Source: Pristiophorus japonicus
Lineage: Eukaryota
Assembly: GCF_044704955.1 (NCBI RefSeq)
Contig: NC_091989.1
Span: 104,470,001-104,534,000 of the forward strand
Direction of reading: 5' to 3'
DNA: 64,000 nucleotides
Shown here: positions 52,787 to 64,000 of the stretch, in pieces
Position numbering within the stretch: position 1 is the first letter of the stretch
Layout: the number at the start of each line of letters is the position of its first letter
Notes under the pieces: generated by a model
Told to the model about the DNA's origin: nothing
Database searches by the model: none
Seen by the model: only the letters and a program-made list of their open reading frames with translations
Translations under genes and position numbers: made by a program

Positions 52787-53468
52787 CTGGAAACGAATGA
52801 AATGTAATGACATTCAAAGATTTAAATAGTTACTCAGTTTCCATGTCAGTGACTGTAAAGACATTTCTAGAGTCAGGTCAAAGCCGAGCATGCTTTCCAA
52901 TTCCGGGTTGTGCCGACAGTATTTGAAATCTCAGCCCTTGTAGCGATTTGCAATGGTGCATTTTTGGGACATTTTTCGGAAACCAACTTTTTGGACAGCA
53001 AGGAGATCAAGGGTTATGCGGATAGGGTGGGATAGTGGGGTTGAGGTCGAAGATCAGCCATGATCTTATTGCATGGCGGAGCAGGCTCGAGGGCAATATG
53101 AACTCCTCCTGCTCCTATTTCTTATGTTCATGTGTGTACAACCATTCTCCCGTCGGAGCCTCACTCTACTGCGCATCCACAACAGAATGGGTCGGAAAGT
53201 GATTGTATTTCAGGCTACATGTAATTTATCATGCTGCACAGGGGGATTTTTACTGCAAAAATCCAGATAATTACTTCCACTTTTATTACCATTCTGTGAC
53301 TTTTTCTGCCATTTTAAAATGCATTTGGAACAATCGGCACTCCCTGAAAATAGATAACACGGTTTCAACTTGAAGTCCCAATTGAGTTCTCCTTCCCCCG
53401 TGTTACCCGGAGACTGTCACTCACCCTGAGGTTTTGTACTAAAATCAAGGGCTTACAGTAGACATTAC

Positions 53469-53570
53469 CTTCATTATTCTGCAGTCGGCATCGCGTCCCA
53501 ATGAAGATCATTAGCACTAGAAACGCCAATCCCCCCACCGCCCGGAAGTAAACTGAATTATCGACGCTAC
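53469..53570 (-). CDS. Gene B transmembrane exon GSVDNSVYFRAVGGLAFLVLMIFIGTRCRLQNNE
   Basis: Acceptor ttttgcag, donor G|gtaatg, 102 nt open; hydrophobic span followed by basic residues. Confidence 0.8.
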
Positions 53571-54627
53571 CTGCAAAATTAATGGGAACATCGGGTCATG
53601 GTGGGCGTTGGCTAGGAATAGGCCTGAAGATAGTTTATTGGTTAAACTACGGTGTTGCTTTCCGTAACTCAGCGGTATAGAACGGTAATAAGAAGGTTTA
53701 AATGCAAAATGTTTTTTTTAGCTATAATATTTGAAGTAACTTCTTCATCGACTGGATCAGACATTACGGATTAATCCGCGCATCGCACCACCGGTTTAGA
53801 GACCTCAAAACAATGTTTTAGGAGCGTTAGAATACGGGAGATATCAATTTACCATGACCAAAAGACTTGTTCTTGTTCTTGACCTTTCTTATTCATTAAC
53901 ATAGTTTGAGGGAATTAGAGGTAAATTCGTCACTAGCGTTTCTTCGTTGCCCGCTCAAAATTCCGGATTGCAGCAATTGGTTAAAAATCCCCTGCCAATT
54001 ATCGGAACTGAGTTTATTAAAGTAAGACCGTCACTGAATAGCAAGGGATATCAATTGATTATTGTCTAGCAAGGCAAAGAGTTAACAACATGATATATTG
54101 AACCGGTTGCACTGTAGCCACGTTGCGGGCACAGTTTATGAGGTAGATCCCAATTCAATCCGCTCGGACATGGACGGGTGAGGGATAAAAGTTGGCCAGG
54201 GGGCCAATTTCAAAATTCTGCACGAGAAGTAGCCGAAAGGGGATCAGGATCGGGAACGGCACTGGGAGACGCCCGAGTGCGGACAGCTTCACTGCAACTC
54301 TTGGTAACAGTCGTGTTACAAGGAGAGCAGCAAGGATAAAGAATAAAACAGTCTTAACATGGAAACAAAAGAAACTGAAAATTATTAAAAGAAACAGGTG
54401 AGGAAATATAATCGGATGGAAAAGATGAACTCCTGTTTATAATTATATATATCAAATAAGAGAATTTGAAAGCAATAAGGTTTGGCTGAGAATAAAGGTG
54501 TAGCGGGCGATATGACCCGGTTTTACAACACATCGGGTTCAATTATATTATACATTAAAACATAAATTTGATGCTTTCGTTGATATTTCCCATGAGATTT
54601 CCGTGGACTATCTTCATGATTATGAAC

Positions 54628-54742
54628 TACATTTCCTACATTACAACAGTGACTACATTCCAAAATTACTTAATTGGCTGCATAGCGCTTTGAGACGTCC
54701 GGTGGTCGTGAAAGACGCTATATAAATCCAAATATTTTCTTT
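54628..54742 (+). mobile_element. DeuSINE 3' tail fragment
   Basis: CCTACATTACAACAGTGACTAC..CGCTATATAAAT, as in the other copies. Confidence 0.65.
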
Positions 54743-54815
54743 ATTAAACTGTACGATATATCGCTTTAAAAAATTACAGTAACGATCTCTCCTTTTTGGA
54801 CTGTTGGCCACATAC

Positions 54816-55127
54816 CTTGGTTAGATTTAGAAACAGTATATGTGACCACAGCTGGAGTCTGGAGGGAGACATGAGATACCAAACAGGTATAATTGGTGTC
54901 GCTCGGGACAGGCTGCGTCTCAGCCAAAGAGCTGGAAACTTCATACAGTCCCTCGGTGTTCTGCACTTTATTCGTATCTGTTATTAATGCAATTTCTACG
55001 CCATTTTTGTACCAAGTGAGGGTGAAATTCTCCGGATAGAACGCAGCCGTTTTACACACAAGAGTCAGAGACACAGATGAGTTCCCTTCAGTTGTCCCGG
55101 AGACAATCTTCAGTGGAGTTGGGGCCG
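54816..55127 (-). CDS. Gene B Ig C1-set exon (APTPLKI..LVCKTAAFYPENFTLTWYKNG..YTCLVSHVSLQTP..)
   Basis: Core of ORF 54766..55170; acceptor ttccgcag, donor G|gtatgt, 312 nt; strong similarity to gene A exon 3. Confidence 0.92.
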
Positions 55128-56169
55128 CTGCGGAACAGAGAATGAACAAAGTCGAGTTACTGGGTAGCATTGAGAGAAATTAAATAAGGTTGCTGATTTA
55201 AGTTCGGTCTATTTTATTATAAAAACACAATTCGAAAGCGCAGACTCCTGTCTTTTTAATGTTACGCTCACCATCTACATCCATATCGCTCACAGACACC
55301 CACATCTGTTCAATTTTACCTGCGCTATCAAGTGCAAGACTTTCGGTTACTCAGCAGACAAGTCGCAACGATTTGCTAATCAAAGCTGGCTTTTCATAGT
55401 CCAAATAGTTAAGTAAATAAACCTCGAGACAAGTTGGCGCGCTGAGTCTCTCCGTGTTTGTTGCGCACAGTCTGTGCCGAATAATCTGCACATTTTTGAT
55501 GATAAAACCACGCCCTTAGTCGGTATCGGACAGAACTCACAGCCGAAACATGAAAATTGCTGAAAGAATTTATACTCGGTTGAACCGCAAGAGGTTTCGG
55601 CAACACAGTTCCGGTGTACTGTTTGAATTATTGGAGGTTATTGAGATGACAAGGTTGTGTGTTCCAAGCTCCAGTTTGTTGAATGAACCCGTTGATCAAC
55701 AGTTAGTTGCAGGCTGGCGTTCAAATCCCTGACGCTAACTTTATGTGAGAATTAATTTCAGGAATGTTAAACCGCAAAAAAAAGCGATGAGGGCAGCCAG
55801 AGCATCAGAAATAGGCTGAGAGCCTATATATGTTGGCAGGGGCGTTAATACGAACGGTTTTCAGTCAGTTATATGCGTGGGATTTGTTCTAAACTGCCGC
55901 TTTCAGAGATCAGGTATATAAATTGTCTGTGGAGTTATGGTCTAATTGGTTGATATTAATACATTTAGTAGTATTTTGTCTGTGATATTTGATGTCTCCT
56001 TAGCAGTTCTGTGCAGAGAACACGAACATACAACTTAACTTATCGCGAAATGTATTAATAGACATGTTTATACTGCCAAAAACGGCGCAATAAAAGAATC
56101 ACAAAACATGCCCGTTTGTTACATTCGATATATTTTCGACAGTCCCGCTCTCCTGTGTTTCACACTTAC

Positions 56170-56479
56170 CATGTACAATTAGTTGTGAGCCGGTTCCATT
56201 TCCTCTAACTACTCCCCGATAGAACACTGCGCACTGATAGACCCCAGAGTCTTGGAAAGTCGCGCTCAGCAACTGAAAGTAACCGCTCGCTTTATTTTCC
56301 TGACCAAATTGTTTTCTTTTGTCGGTGCTTGTGCGCAGGTATTCATTCTCACCAATACACTCTTACCCAGTGTGGGTCCTGAGAGATGGGGAATATGCAA
56401 TAGAAGGTGATGTTCCCACCTCTGGACACAGTCGTTTGTTTGGGCGCTTCAGTCACACTAAACGAAATCTGGTTCGCTG
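56170..56479 (-). pseudogene. Gene B VJ-type V exon, frameshifted (..NITFYCIFPISQD..VYW / GENEYL..DSGVYQC..GNGTGSQLIVH)
   Basis: Acceptor tttccttccag, donor G|gtaagt. The two halves of the V domain are in different frames, switching right after the C-strand Trp. Confidence 0.88.
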
Positions 56480-56647
56480 CTGGAAGGAAATATCGTCAAG
56501 TACAGGTTAATTGTATTAGACAGGACATGGAGATGGAAGACAGAAAATAATCTAGATAGAGGAAGTACTTTTCACTAAGTTAGTGTGGAAACTATGTCGG
56601 AAGCATTTTATAAATTAAAGTAGCTGAGACAATAAATAAAGAGGTAC

Positions 56648-56690
56648 CTGTGTAAATAATCCCCCGGAGAGTCAGGCACAGGAAAAGCAT
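56648..56690 (-). pseudogene. Gene B leader exon MLFLCLTLRGIIYT
   Basis: ATG at 56690, donor G|gtacct in phase 1; aligns with the gene A leader (LLCISLLGILYR). Confidence 0.7.
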
Positions 56691-56810
56691 ACTCGCCGAC
56701 TTTCTGAGCAACAGATTCAAATGATGAGTTTCTGCAGGAACTGCGAGTTTACAACTGTTAACATTGGTTTGCGGTTAGTTTTCTATGAGATACATCGCAG
56801 TGACGTTTGA
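56691..56810 (-). promoter_or_regulatory. Putative proximal promoter/5'UTR of gene B (ACGTCA, RUNX-like ACCGCA, TTCC)
   Basis: Same motif types as gene A, and similar cgcagttcctgcagaaactcat..gttgctcaga. Confidence 0.3.
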
Positions 56811-58574
56811 CATCTTGTAATTGCTGGTTCAGAAATTAGGCTTCATTTCTTGAGAGAGATTTTCTAAATTATACAATTTTTCGACAGCGGATCACACGTA
56901 TGACGGACAGCAAAGGGTAAGGGAAAATATTTGACATCCAAATGCAGAATTTACTGATACTCGCGGAGTCAGTGTTGTTTCCTGGCAGGTAACGATAGTC
57001 CAACCAGGTTGGATACAAAGCAGAAGTGTTGGAGAATGGTGGTTTGGTTGAACATGTCAAATGCTCCATCGAGGTTGACAACGAAAAATTATAAGATTAT
57101 GCACCATCTTCACAGTCACGCATATTGTATTTCATGACCTTGGTTAAGGCCGTGTTTGTTGTTGTGTGAGTGATGGAAACTGAGTGGGGAGATTGAAACA
57201 GGACCTGGTGGGGCTGTTGGCAGCTGGGAGGTGACAACAGATATAGGCCCGGATTTTGCGCTGGGTATGGCGGTGTACTCTCAGTTCACCTCCTTTGAAA
57301 TCCACCGCGCGTGACAGGCCACGCACATGGCCCAAGAAAAAACAATTGCTGACGGCAGATGCAGATACAGGGCCTATTTGAATCAGCATAGGTATGTTTT
57401 GAACGTTTCCACATCAGAAATCATATAGTTTAAATGTATCAAATGAGTTTTTCCTGTTTCTCCAAATATTGCAGTCTTAATGATGTCGATAATTATTGTC
57501 AACAAAATTATAGTTTTAGTGAAGTTGGTAGAATGAAGCTAATTAGGAATAACATTCCAATTCTGTAAATTATAATTAAATCTGATTACGGGATTCCATT
57601 AAGTTTGATTACCAGATTCCCTTCTGAAATTATGTAAAGTCTAAATCAGTTTTCTGATTCGCGAACCAGGCCCATGTGATCCCAGGTACGCTTCCGCACA
57701 TGCTGCGTCCCTGGGATCCGGAGGCCTGCTCGCAGCATCAGACCACACATTTTCACAGGAGGGCTGCCTTCAGTTGGTGCATATTCTTTTCGCAGTTCAG
57801 TGGCGAACTCCGGAGGTACGCCGCTTTCCAGAATTTTTGGTCCAGTGTCTCAAGTGAGGAAATGGAGATCTGAGATGTGGTGGCAATTTGCACGAAGAGA
57901 GCGGTTGAGTGTGAGTTTATTGGGAAAAGGCAATTGCAACTGTTTCCAAATGAAAAGGGACAGTCTCTTAGGAGCTGCGGCCATAAATAACTTTAGCAAT
58001 CATGGGGGCCAGAAACGGAAGTTGGGTTGTCAGCGGTTAAGTCCGAATTGGAACTATGGAGCAGGAGGTGGGTCATGTGAATTAGATTAGCTTAGAGAGT
58101 GCATTTTGGGAAGAAGGAAGAGAAGATACTGGAAAACAAGGATTTGGGTTACATCATGAGGAGAGATTTGGCCTGGTCTGCAAGGGGAAAGGAGGAAGAA
58201 GTAGATGCAGCTCGGCCAATGGTCTCTATTTGATGACAAAGAAATCCATAATGTCTTTGAATTTGTCGTTAGGGGAGAAAACTGTCAGCATGTGGTAGGT
58301 AGAGGCGGAAAGAAATGATGGGTTATAATTGCTCTCCGGGACAATTATAGAGCAGTGACCAGTTGTGGCAGAAGACAGTGAGACTCTGCAATGCTTCACT
58401 TGGTCCAACCAGAATAGGCCTTGTATGGCTACACCACTTGTTTGCAAGATGCGGTCAAGTGTGTGGATCTTGGATGTGAGCAGGTGAAGATAAAGAGCAC
58501 ACCAGCGTTATAACCAGGATGGGAGGCAGTGAAGGATTTGCTTGGAATACGTGCTTATTCTTAATTTATGATTT

Positions 58575-61500
58575 TTTTATCTTTATTTGTTCATCGGATG
58601 TGAGAGTCTCTAGCAAGGTCAGCATTTATTGCTCATTCCTTGCCCTTGAGAAGCTGGTGGTGAGTCGCCGCCTTGAACAGCTGCAGTCCATATGATGAAG
58701 GTACTCCTACAGTGCTGTTAGTGATGGAGTTCCAGGATTTTAACCAAGCTACTGTGAAGGAAAGACAATATATTTCGCAGTTAGGATGCTGTGTAACTTT
58801 GAGGGGAATTTGCCAGTGATGTTATTCCCTTACACCTGCTGCCCTTGTCCTTCTAGGTGGTAGAGGTCACGGGTTTTGAAGGTGCTGCCAAAGAAGCCAG
58901 AGTGAGTTGCTAAAGTTCATCTTGCTGATGGTACACATATGTCATGGTGTGCTGGTGCTCGAGGTTGTGAATGTTTACGGTGGTGGATCGGGTGCCAATC
59001 AAGTGGGCTGCTTTGTCCTGGATGGTGCCAAGCTTCATAAATGTTGTTGGAGGTGCACTCTTCCAAGGAAGTGGAGAGTATTCCATCTTAATCCTGACTT
59101 ATGCCTTGTAGAACACAAGAACACAAGAAATGGGTCTAAGAGTAGGCCATTTGATCCAGCAAGCCTACTCTACCATTTAATAAGATCATAGCTGATCTGA
59201 TCACGGACTCAGTTCCACTTCCCTTCCCTCTCCCCATAACTCGTTATTCCCTTATCGCTCAAGTATCTGTCCCTCCTCCTTAAATATATTCAATGACCCA
59301 ACATCCACAGCTCTCTGGGAAAGAGAATTCCACAGATTTACAACCCTCTGAGAGAAGAAATTCCTCCTCATCTCAGTTTTAAATGGGCAGCCCCTTATTC
59401 TGAGACTATGCCCCCTAGTTTTAGTTTCCCCTATGAGTGGAAAAATCTTTTCTGCATCCAACTTGTCAAGCCCTCTCATTATCTTACATGTTTCGATAAG
59501 ATCAGCTCTCATTCTTCTGAACTCCAATGAGTATAGTCCCATCCTACTCAAACTATTTTCATAAGTCAACCCTCCTCAACTCCGGAATCAACCTAGTGAA
59601 CCTTCTCTGAAAAGCCTCCAATCCAAATCTATCCTTCCGTAAATACAAAGACCAAAACTGCATGCAGTGCTCCAGGTGTGGCCTCACACCCTGTACAGTT
59701 GTAGCAGGTCTTCTCTACTTTTATACTCAATTCCCCTTGCAATAAAGGCCAACATTCCATTTGCCTTCCTGATTACTTGCTGTACCTGCATACTACTTTT
59801 GTGTTTCATGTACAAGGACGCCAAGTCCCTCTGTACTGAAGCACTTTGCAAGTTTTCTCCATTTAAATTATAATTTGCTTTTCTATTCTTTCTGCCAAAG
59901 TGGATAACCTCATATTTTCCTACATTATATTCCATCTGCTAAATGTTTGCCCACTCACTTAGCCTATTTATATCCCTTTGCAGATTTTTTGTGTCATCCT
60001 CACAATTTGCTTTCCCAACCATCTTTGTATTATTAGCAAACATGGCTACATTACACTTGATCCCTTCATCCAAGTCATTAATATAGATTGGAAATAGTTG
60101 AGGACCCAGCAGCAATCCCTGCACCACCCCACTAGTTACCGTAAAATGACCCGTTTATCCCGACTCTTTGTTTTCTGTTTGTGAGCCAATCCTCAATCCA
60201 TGCTGATATTATTATCCCCAACCCCGTGAGCTTTTATCTTGTGCAGTAACCTTTTATATGGCACCTTCTGAATGCCTTCTGGAAATCCAAATACACCACA
60301 TCAACTGGTTCCCTCTTATCTACCCTGCTCATTACATCCTCAAAGAACTCCAGCAAATTTGTCAAACATGCTTTCCTTTTCTTCAAACTATGTTGACTCT
60401 GCTTGATTGAATTATGCTTTTCCAAATGTACTGCTACTGCTTCCTTAATAATGGACTCCTGTGTATTTCTAATGACAGATATTAGGCTAACCAGTCTATT
60501 ATTTCCTGCTCTCTGTCTGCCTCCTCTTTAAATTAGGGGTGTTACATTTGCGGTTTTCCAATCCGCTGGGACCTCCCCAGAATCCAGGGAATTTTGGTAG
60601 ATTACAACGAATGCATCCACTATCTTCACTTCTTTTAGGACCTAGGATGCAAGCCATTAGATCCAGGGGACTTGTCCGCCTTTAGTCCCATTATTTTATG
60701 GAGTATTACATCTTTAGTGATAGTGATTGTATTAAGTTCCTCTCTCCCTTTAGCCCCTTTACTATCCACTATTGGGATGTTTTTAGTGTCTTCTACTATG
60801 ATGAGCGATTCAAAATATTTATTCAAAGACTCTGTCATTTCCCTGTTCCCCATTATTAATTCCCCAGTCTCATCCTCTCGTGGACCAATGTTTACTTTAG
60901 CCACTCTTTTCCTTTTTATGTGCTTGAAGAAACTCTTACTATTTGTTTTTATATTTTGTGCTAGTTTACTTTCATAATTTATCTTCCCTCTTTTTTGTCG
61001 TCGTTTTTTGTTGGCTTTTAAAAGTTTACCAATACTCTGGCCTCCCACTAGTCTTGGCCTCATTGTATGCCCTCATTTTCAATTTGATACCATCCCTTAT
61101 TTCCTTAGTTAGCCCCAGATGGTTATCACTAATCTTACAGTCTTTACTTCTCCTTGGGATATATTTTTGTTGAGAGTTATGAAATATCTCCTTAAATGTC
61201 TGTCACTGCTCATCAACCATCTCACTCTTTAATCTATTTTCCCAGTCTATGGTGGTGGAAAGGCTTTGGGGAGTCAGAAGGTGAGACACTCACCGAAGAA
61301 TACCGAGCTTCAGACCTGCTCTTGTTGTGACAGTATTTATGTGGCTGGTCCACTTGAGCTTCTGGTCAATGGTGACAACCAGAATGTTAATGCTAGGGGA
61401 TTCGGCAATGGTAATGCAATTGAAAGTCAAGGGGCAGTGCTTAGACTTTTGCTTGGTGGAGATGGTCATTGCCTGGTACTTGTGTGGCACAAGTGTTACT

Positions 61501-62834
61501 TGCCACTTATCAGCCCAAGCCTGAATGTCGTCCAGGTCTTGTTGCATGCGGGAGGAGTTGTGACTGGCACTGAACACTGTGCAATCATCTACAAACCTCC
61601 TCGCTTTTGAACATATGATGGAGGGAAGGTCATTGATGGAGCAGCTGAAGATGGTTGGCCCTAAGATACCAGCCTGAAGAACTCCTGCAGTGGTGTCCTG
61701 GGGCTGTAATGATTGACCTACAACCACCACAACCATCATCCTTTGTGCTATGTATGTCTCCAGCCAGTGGCAAGTTTCCCCCCTATTACCGTTGACTTCA
61801 GTTTTCTAGGGCTCCTTGATGTCACACTTGGTCATGTGCTTCCTTGATGTCAAAGGCAGTCACTCACCTCACCTCTGGAATTCAGCTGCTTTTGTTCATG
61901 TTTGGACCAAGGCTGTAATAATGTCTGGAGCTGAGTAGTCTAGGTGGGAGCCAAAACTGGACTTGGTGAGCAGGTTATTGATGAGTAAGTGCCACTTGAT
62001 GGCAGTGTCGATGAAACCTTCCATCATTTTGCTAATGATTGAGAGTAGACTGAAGGGGTGGAAATTGGCTGGATTGGATTTGTCCTTTTAGTGGACAGGA
62101 CACGCCTGGGCAGTTTTCCACATTGTCGGATAGATGTCAGTGTTGTAGCTGTACTAGAACAGCTTTGCTAGAGGCACGGCTAGTTCTGGAGCCAAAGTCT
62201 TCAGCACAACAGCGGGAATGTGTCAGGGCCCATAGTCTTTGCTATATCCAATGCACTCAGCTGTTCCTTGATATCAAGTGGAGTCAATCGAATTGGCTGA
62301 GGACTGCCTTCTGTGGTGGTGGGGATCTCAGTAGGAGACCGATATTGATCATCCACTTGGCACTTCTGGCTGAAGATGGTTGTAAATGCTTCAACCTTGT
62401 GTTTTGCACTCACATGCTGGGCTTTGCCACCATTCAGCATGGAGCTATTCATGCAAACTCCTCCTCCCATTAGTTGTTTAATGGTCCACCACCATTCAAG
62501 ACTGGATGTAAGAGGAATCCAGAGCTTTGATCTGATCTGTTTATTATGGGATCACTTAGCCCTGTCTATAGCATGCTGCTTCCACTTTTTAGCATGCATG
62601 TAGTCCTGTGTTGCAGCTTCCCCATGTTGGCACCTCATTTTTAGATATGCCTGGTGCTGCTCCTAGCATGCTCTTCTACACTCCTTATTGGATCAGGGTT
62701 GGTCCCCTGGTTTGATTGTCATGGTAGAGTGAGGAGTATTCTGGGCCGTGAGGTTAAGATTGTGGTGGAATACAATTCTGCTGCTGTTGATGGTCCATAG
62801 AGCTTCATGGATGCCCAGTTTTGAGCTGCTAGAT
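58575..62834 (-). mobile_element. CR1/L2-superfamily LINE with a CR1 copy nested at ~59109-61248
   Basis: ORFs 61290..61739 and 62201..62470 (outer); 59252, 59684, 60234, 60635 (inner CR1). Confidence 0.85.
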
Positions 62835-62965
62835 GAGTTCTGACAAAGGGTCATCAAACTGAAACATTAACTCTGTTTCTCTCTCCACAGATGCTGCCTG
62901 ACCTGCTGAGTATTTCCAGCATTTTCTGTTTTTATTTCAGATTTCCAGCATCCACAGTATTTTGA
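62835..62965 (+). mobile_element. Penelope-like element terminal repeat remnant
   Basis: CTGAnnAAGGGTC..GAAAC..AACTC followed by GATGCTGCCTGACCTGCTGAGTATTTCCAGC. Confidence 0.55.
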
Positions 62966-64000
62966 TTTTATTCCAGCTCATGCTCCCTTCTGTAATTAAA
63001 ATATTCAGTGATGCCGGCTCAGGATCACTGTCTAAGTTGAACTTCTTGGCTAAGATCCAGAGACCTGCAAAACCCTCTGTAGCCAGGATACATGGACCTC
63101 TATGCAGGCCTACTTGTACAGGGCGCAAGTCACTGGACCACCAGGTAAATTCATTTTTTGTAGGTCGGAAGCATCTGCCCACGGGAAGCCACCCACCGCA
63201 AAATGTGGGTCAATGTTGAGAGACGATGTCATGCAAAGACGATAGTGATCTAGTTCGTAATGGCAAGAATAGCATGTGTTGATTTTGCAGAAGTGTCTGT
63301 ATCAGAAATGACTAATCTAAGCTAATAACTGCTGTAAACTGACTAAAACTGACTGAGACATAGACCCTCGACCGACTGTTAAACTGACCCTTTCCCACTG
63401 GAACAGCAAAATATCTGAAGGGCAGAAAAACAGGAACCCCCTGCCAGACAAGAGTTAGAGAAGTGTGAAATGCGTATGTGCAAAAGGACATGTCAAAGCC
63501 AGAGACTCAATTGATTCATCCAATTGGGACTTGTTATCGAGAGAAAAGGTATAACTGGATAAGTATCATAATATGGTCACAGTCGTAGAGAGGAAGCGTA
63601 TCCGACCAAGGAGGAAGGAACGTGAAGACACCACACGCTGCAAATTAACTATGCTGACCTGCGCCCGGGTAATGTAGGATCTATTCAGGCTGTATGTCTC
63701 TAAACATGTGCACTCAGTGTATAATCTTAATAAAGATCCACCAATACTAATTGATATCAAGTCCAAGTCCTTAATATTCTTACAATACTATCAATCGATT
63801 TATTTGTTAGCACAATTTTGAAATGGCAAGGTATTGTATAACATTTTAAAGTTTCTAGATACATCAGTAATATCTATGTTGTATTTCATACTTTATATTA
63901 CAGCACTCAGTTAAGTGCCATTAGAAGCATTCAAAGCGATGAAGGCCAGAGGAAATCTGAATTTTCAGTGACCGATAGTTGTTATCAGCTTTGAAGTGGG

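Larger units (their letters stand above)
51764..56690 (-). pseudogene. Gene B: leader-VJ-C1-TM-ITIM/ITSM inhibitory IgSF receptor, disrupted; exons 56690-56648, 56479-56170, 55127-54816, 53570-53469, 52786-52743, 52198-52097, 51889-51764
   Basis: Exon-by-exon paralog of gene A plus tyrosine-motif tail exons. The V exon is 310 nt with a frameshift and a TGA at 56351-56349. Confidence 0.85.

Noticed and set aside
54192-54401. Extra hydrophobic exon in gene B intron
   Set aside because: No convincing acceptor/donor pair in the correct phase; a better TM exon exists at 53570-53469.
63214-63784. Possible solo LTR (TGTTGAGA...TTCTTACA with AATAAA)
   Set aside because: No target-site duplication or second copy in the window.

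Overview
Vertebrate genomic DNA, most likely a shark/ray (elasmobranch). The evidence is abundant CR1 LINEs with (TTCTATG/CTATGTTT)n tails, Deu-domain SINEs and Penelope remnants; it is not prokaryotic. Most of the window is transposon-derived, and nearly all ORF-track entries are CR1/RTE/ERV fragments or antisense noise. Two spliced, paralogous immunoglobulin-superfamily receptor genes lie tail-to-tail about 44 kb apart. Both have the exon plan leader / single-exon germline 'VJ' V domain / C1-set domain / TM (all phase-1 introns), i.e. the ectodomain plan of an antigen-receptor chain but without rearrangement. Gene A (+, 1934-8046) is intact. Its TM carries an R-x16-D motif like FcR-gamma-coupled activating receptors, and no ITIM tail was found. 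Gene B (-, 51764-56690) has a four-tyrosine ITIM/ITSM tail, but its V exon is frameshifted and one acceptor looks dead, so it is probably a pseudogene or null allele. Together they look like an activating/inhibitory paired receptor family. Between them lie a three-LTR class III (ERV-S-like, tRNA-Ser PBS) endogenous retrovirus with a 5-bp TSD, and a ~20-kb nest of CR1, Harbinger-like and RTE elements. Exon models were derived by hand from splice consensus and frame; repeat boundaries are approximate unless a TSD is quoted.
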